Below, in pieces: positions 22,962 through 26,095 of a DNA stretch of 26,095 nt (positions are counted from its first letter, which is position 1; each line of letters opens with the position of its first letter). Made by a program: the position numbers and the translations under genes. The notes beneath the pieces are model-generated. The model had not been told where the DNA came from. It did not search any database and was given only the letters and a program-made list of their open reading frames with translations. Source of the DNA: a virus (Duplodnaviria > Caudoviricetes); IMG/VR virus record IMGVR_UViG_3300031951_001069, positions 1 to 26,095 of that record; one strand, written 5' to 3'.

Positions 22962-25879
22962 TGCCAAGTCACGTCGGGTACGTGTGGGACGGAGCAGCGT
23001 GGGTTCCGTTCACGGGTCCAGAGGGCAAGGCCGGTCCCGGCATCCACTTCCTTCCCGCTGTCGCTGACTCCACCCTGATCCCCCCGACGGGGCGTCCCGG
23101 TGACGCGATTGTCACGCAGGACAACGGCCACATCTACATTTGGGACAAGGCTTCGACGTCGTGGATTGACGGCGGCAGGTTCCAAGGGGAGAAGGGTCCT
23201 GCTGGCGACACGTTGAAGATCAACGGGTTCGTCGCCAACGCGCTTGCCCTTGACCCGAACCCGGTTCACCTGTCGGTGTACATGACGCAGGACACGTCAC
23301 ACCTGTACGCCTTCGACCCGACGAGCCTCGCTGCGATCCGGCAGATCGACATTGACACGTGGAAGGCCGACCCCAACAACGCTGGTCAGACCTACGACGG
23401 AGCCCCAGCGGGCTACGTCGATCTCGGCAAGGTGCAGGGACCGGCTGGCCCCATCGGTATGCAGGGCATCCAAGGTCCTCCCGGTGTCAAGACGGTTGGT
23501 AAGCATCCGGGTGAGATTCTGGTGTGGCGCACCCCGGACCTGATGGACCCGACTCAGGACAACTGGTTCGCTGAGGACGCCACGACGAAGTTGATGGACG
23601 ACATCGCGTGGGCACCTCCCGGGCAGCGCCACAAGAAGACGCTCATCTACAACGAGAACCTCGACGTCTGGTACATGCAGGACGAGAACTTCGCTGACCT
23701 GTCTGAGGTCAGCAAGGCTGGGACTCCCCGTGCTGGTGACGGCCTGTACTGGGATGGCCGGAAGTGGACGATGGGTGCCACCCTCAACGTGCCCATGTCG
23801 GCGGTCAACTCCTCCACCGTGTACGTCGGGACGCTGCCCCTCGTCGGGGCTGAGATCAACAACCCGGCCAAGTTGTACGGCATGGACGCGGACACGCTGC
23901 CGTCCCCCGCCACTACCCCACCTCGCGTCGGGGACATGTACCTCAACCGCACCGACGATGACATCGTCCACTTCGAGGGTACGTCTGTCACCGAGCGCGT
24001 GATGGCGAAGATGACGGACGAGATCACTCGGTTCATCAACGGGGATCAGGCGCACCTGATCGGCAACCAGTTCAACCATCAGGGCGGCGAGACAACTCAC
24101 GTTCGCCGTCAGGGGCTGGATGTCATCATCGAGCAGCAGTTGACTCCCGCACCGACGGTCATCACGATTGTTCCAAGGGCACCGTACGAGAGGCCTTCCG
24201 ACGCATCTGCTCTCGGTGTCCGTTTCTATGGCGAAGACCCGGACCATATGAAGTTCGGTATCCCCGCGCTGGATGTCAATGCGTGGTTCTTCGACTACAC
24301 GGTTGGTGCGGCGGAGGCCGGGAACTGGACCGCAGTCAAGGCTGCGTTCAAGGCTGCGTTCGACGCTTCCACGATGTCGCGGGGCTGGACCTGCGATGTC
24401 GGCCAGCAGGCCAACGAGTTGGCTGTCCTGAGGACGAAGACGAACACGGAGAAGTCGGACTCCAACGGCAACGTGCTCGTCAAGACCATCAACTTGGAGA
24501 GCAATGGCGACACCAGCGCCCGCTGGTTCCTGCGAGCGGATCAGGTCGGTGTTCAGGACGTTCTGGCGGGGAAGATCACCGTCGATGCTCCGCTGACGGT
24601 GACGCATGATCCGGGCCGTTCCATCATCCACATCCCGTCTGGGGTGCTGCCTTCGACCCTGACCTTGCAGATCGACGGCAACCGTATCTCCGTCACCACC
24701 CCCGGCAACCTGTCGTACTACATCGAGACACGGCAGGGAGCGATGCGTGGTGACGCTCTCGTGTACGACGGGCGGCATTGGCACCCGCAGTCGATGGCGC
24801 TTCTGCCGTCTACGGCGACACATGCTGCTGGTGAGCAACTGGTCCTCGATCAGGCGCTGCTGCCGGTGTGGTCGGCTGCCGGGTACACGAAGGCTGAGAT
24901 CGACGACAAGGTCACCAAACTTGTCTCTGGGCTGGAGCATGGTGCGGCGGTCAAGTCCATTCAGGACAACCCGCCTACGGCCCCGGTGCAGTACGAGTTG
25001 TACATCGTGGGGAAGCGCCCGTCTGGTGCGTGGGCTGTCCACGCGAACGAACTCGCTGAGTGGGACGGTACGGCGTGGGTGTTCCGCGCTCCGACTGCGG
25101 GCGAGACTCACCTGAACGAGGTTGACGGTGGGTCGTGGACGTGGAACGCGACAGCGGGTGTCTGGTCGAAGATCAGCAACGGCGTGTTCCAGTTTGTCAC
25201 GACGGTCCCGGTCGGCACCATCGTTCACTCGGTGCTGTCTGAGGCTGAGTTCACCCGTGAGATGGGCGCGATGGTGGGGGAGTGGGTGCTGTGTGATGGG
25301 CGTGCGGTAGCGGGCAGCGACTACGCGACCGCTACGGGTCGCGGCAACGTTCCTGACCTGCGTGGTGCGTACTTCCGCATGGCTGGTGTCCACGCTCAGA
25401 ACCCGGCGTACGACGGTGGGACGCTGAACCAGTACTACGATCAGCGGACGAAGATGCCGTTCGCCCCGTTCACTGGCACGACTAGTCAGGCCGGGAGCCA
25501 CCAGCACATTGAAGGTGGCACGCACTGGCACCTGAGTGACATGCCTTGGGGCGGTGTCAATGCAACCAACGGTGTATCTGGGCCACTCCCACATGAGTCA
25601 GGCTGGCGGCATCCGTATACCGGCAGCGCTGGCGAGCACACTCACTCCGTCACAGTGAGCGGTGGCGATTCGGAGACTCGCCCGAACACGTACGCGGTCA
25701 ACTACTACATCAAGATCAAGAAGACCCCGGACCCGGTTCTTCCCGCTGGCCCCGTCGGTCCTGTCGGTCCTGCCGGTCCCGCTGGGACGTCGGTGAAGGT
25801 GTGGCAGGGGACGCAGACGGCGTACGACTCCATCGTCGCAAAGGACCCGGAGACGCTGTACCTGATTGACAAGCCATGA
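22961..25879 (+). CDS. Long mosaic tail fibre (collagen tracts, DUF2793-like segment, tail-collar domain, HxH tip)
   Basis: TAATG coupling gives ATG 22961 (track start 22943). PPTAPVQYELYIVG...GAW...WDGTAWVF, VPVGTIV...WVLCDG...VPDLRG collar, HQH/HWH/HTH, ETRPNTYAVNYYIKI. Confidence 0.85.
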   Translation: MPSHVGYVWDGAAWVPFTGPEGKAGPGIHFLPAVADSTLIPPTGRPGDAIVTQDNGHIYIWDKASTSWIDGGRFQGEKGPAGDTLKINGFVANALALDPNPVHLSVYMTQDTSHLYAFDPTSLAAIRQIDIDTWKADPNNAGQTYDGAPAGYVDLGKVQGPAGPIGMQGIQGPPGVKTVGKHPGEILVWRTPDLMDPTQDNWFAEDATTKLMDDIAWAPPGQRHKKTLIYNENLDVWYMQDENFADLSEVSKAGTPRAGDGLYWDGRKWTMGATLNVPMSAVNSSTVYVGTLPLVGAEINNPAKLYGMDADTLPSPATTPPRVGDMYLNRTDDDIVHFEGTSVTERVMAKMTDEITRFINGDQAHLIGNQFNHQGGETTHVRRQGLDVIIEQQLTPAPTVITIVPRAPYERPSDASALGVRFYGEDPDHMKFGIPALDVNAWFFDYTVGAAEAGNWTAVKAAFKAAFDASTMSRGWTCDVGQQANELAVLRTKTNTEKSDSNGNVLVKTINLESNGDTSARWFLRADQVGVQDVLAGKITVDAPLTVTHDPGRSIIHIPSGVLPSTLTLQIDGNRISVTTPGNLSYYIETRQGAMRGDALVYDGRHWHPQSMALLPSTATHAAGEQLVLDQALLPVWSAAGYTKAEIDDKVTKLVSGLEHGAAVKSIQDNPPTAPVQYELYIVGKRPSGAWAVHANELAEWDGTAWVFRAPTAGETHLNEVDGGSWTWNATAGVWSKISNGVFQFVTTVPVGTIVHSVLSEAEFTREMGAMVGEWVLCDGRAVAGSDYATATGRGNVPDLRGAYFRMAGVHAQNPAYDGGTLNQYYDQRTKMPFAPFTGTTSQAGSHQHIEGGTHWHLSDMPWGGVNATNGVSGPLPHESGWRHPYTGSAGEHTHSVTVSGGDSETRPNTYAVNYYIKIKKTPDPVLPAGPVGPVGPAGPAGTSVKVWQGTQTAYDSIVAKDPETLYLIDKP

Positions 25880-26095
25880 CGGTCATCAACGGGACCAAGA
25901 CAGGCCGCGCCTTCCACAACGGCGTGGAGGTGAACCGCATCTACTACGGGGTGAACCAGATCTGGCCCGTCAGCACGCATAAGAAGGGGACGCCGTTCCT
26001 TGTGCCGTCGAACGAGTCGCAGGACTACCTCGAAGATGGCAGCGAGATGGTTCCGCTGATGGCTGGTGGCACGCCTGCGCTGACCACGGACGGTA
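25876..26095 (+). CDS. Tail-associated protein, truncated by window end (MTVINGTKTGRAFHNGVEVNRIYYGVNQIWP...)
   Basis: ATGA overlap with the fibre stop and open to the window end. The N-terminal V.RIY.G...IWP motif is typical of proteins following tail fibres. Confidence 0.7.
   Translation, partial: MTVINGTKTGRAFHNGVEVNRIYYGVNQIWPVSTHKKGTPFLVPSNESQDYLEDGSEMVPLMAGGTPALTTDG

Larger units (their letters stand above)
1..26095 (+). mobile_element. Tailed bacteriophage (podovirus-like, probably actinobacterial host): packaging and virion morphogenesis region
   Basis: Co-directional, overlapping or abutting genes with GGAGG RBSs in the order terminase, portal, internal virion proteins, scaffold, capsid, tail fibres. 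No host housekeeping genes, and no tape measure or tail tube/sheath recognised in the window. Confidence 0.93.

Overview
The whole window is the packaging and virion-structure arm of a high-GC tailed phage. It looks podovirus-like, and the host is probably actinobacterial (inferred from GC content, GGAGG RBSs and motif style). All supportable genes are on the + strand and tightly coupled. The order is: a ~0.55 kb non-coding left region (DnaA boxes, GTNAC repeats, GNA-triloop hairpins), terminase large subunit, portal, four small ORFs, a ~2650-aa putative internal virion/ejection protein carrying an ADP-ribosyltransferase-like domain, three more putative internal virion proteins (one with a CHAP/NlpC-like domain), small ORFs, a stand-alone CHAP-like peptidase, a membrane/secreted protein, scaffold, major capsid, two free-standing HNH-superfamily endonucleases and collagen-containing tail fibres. 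The most striking element is an 80-nt RNA gene at 18118-18197. It has the hallmarks of the tmRNA tRNA-like domain (G3:U70 Ala acceptor stem, GGATTCGAC D-loop motif, helix 2a, GGAC linker, T-arm), but a tiny hairpin replaces the whole mRNA-like domain. Product calls rest on motif recognition and synteny only; no database searches were run.
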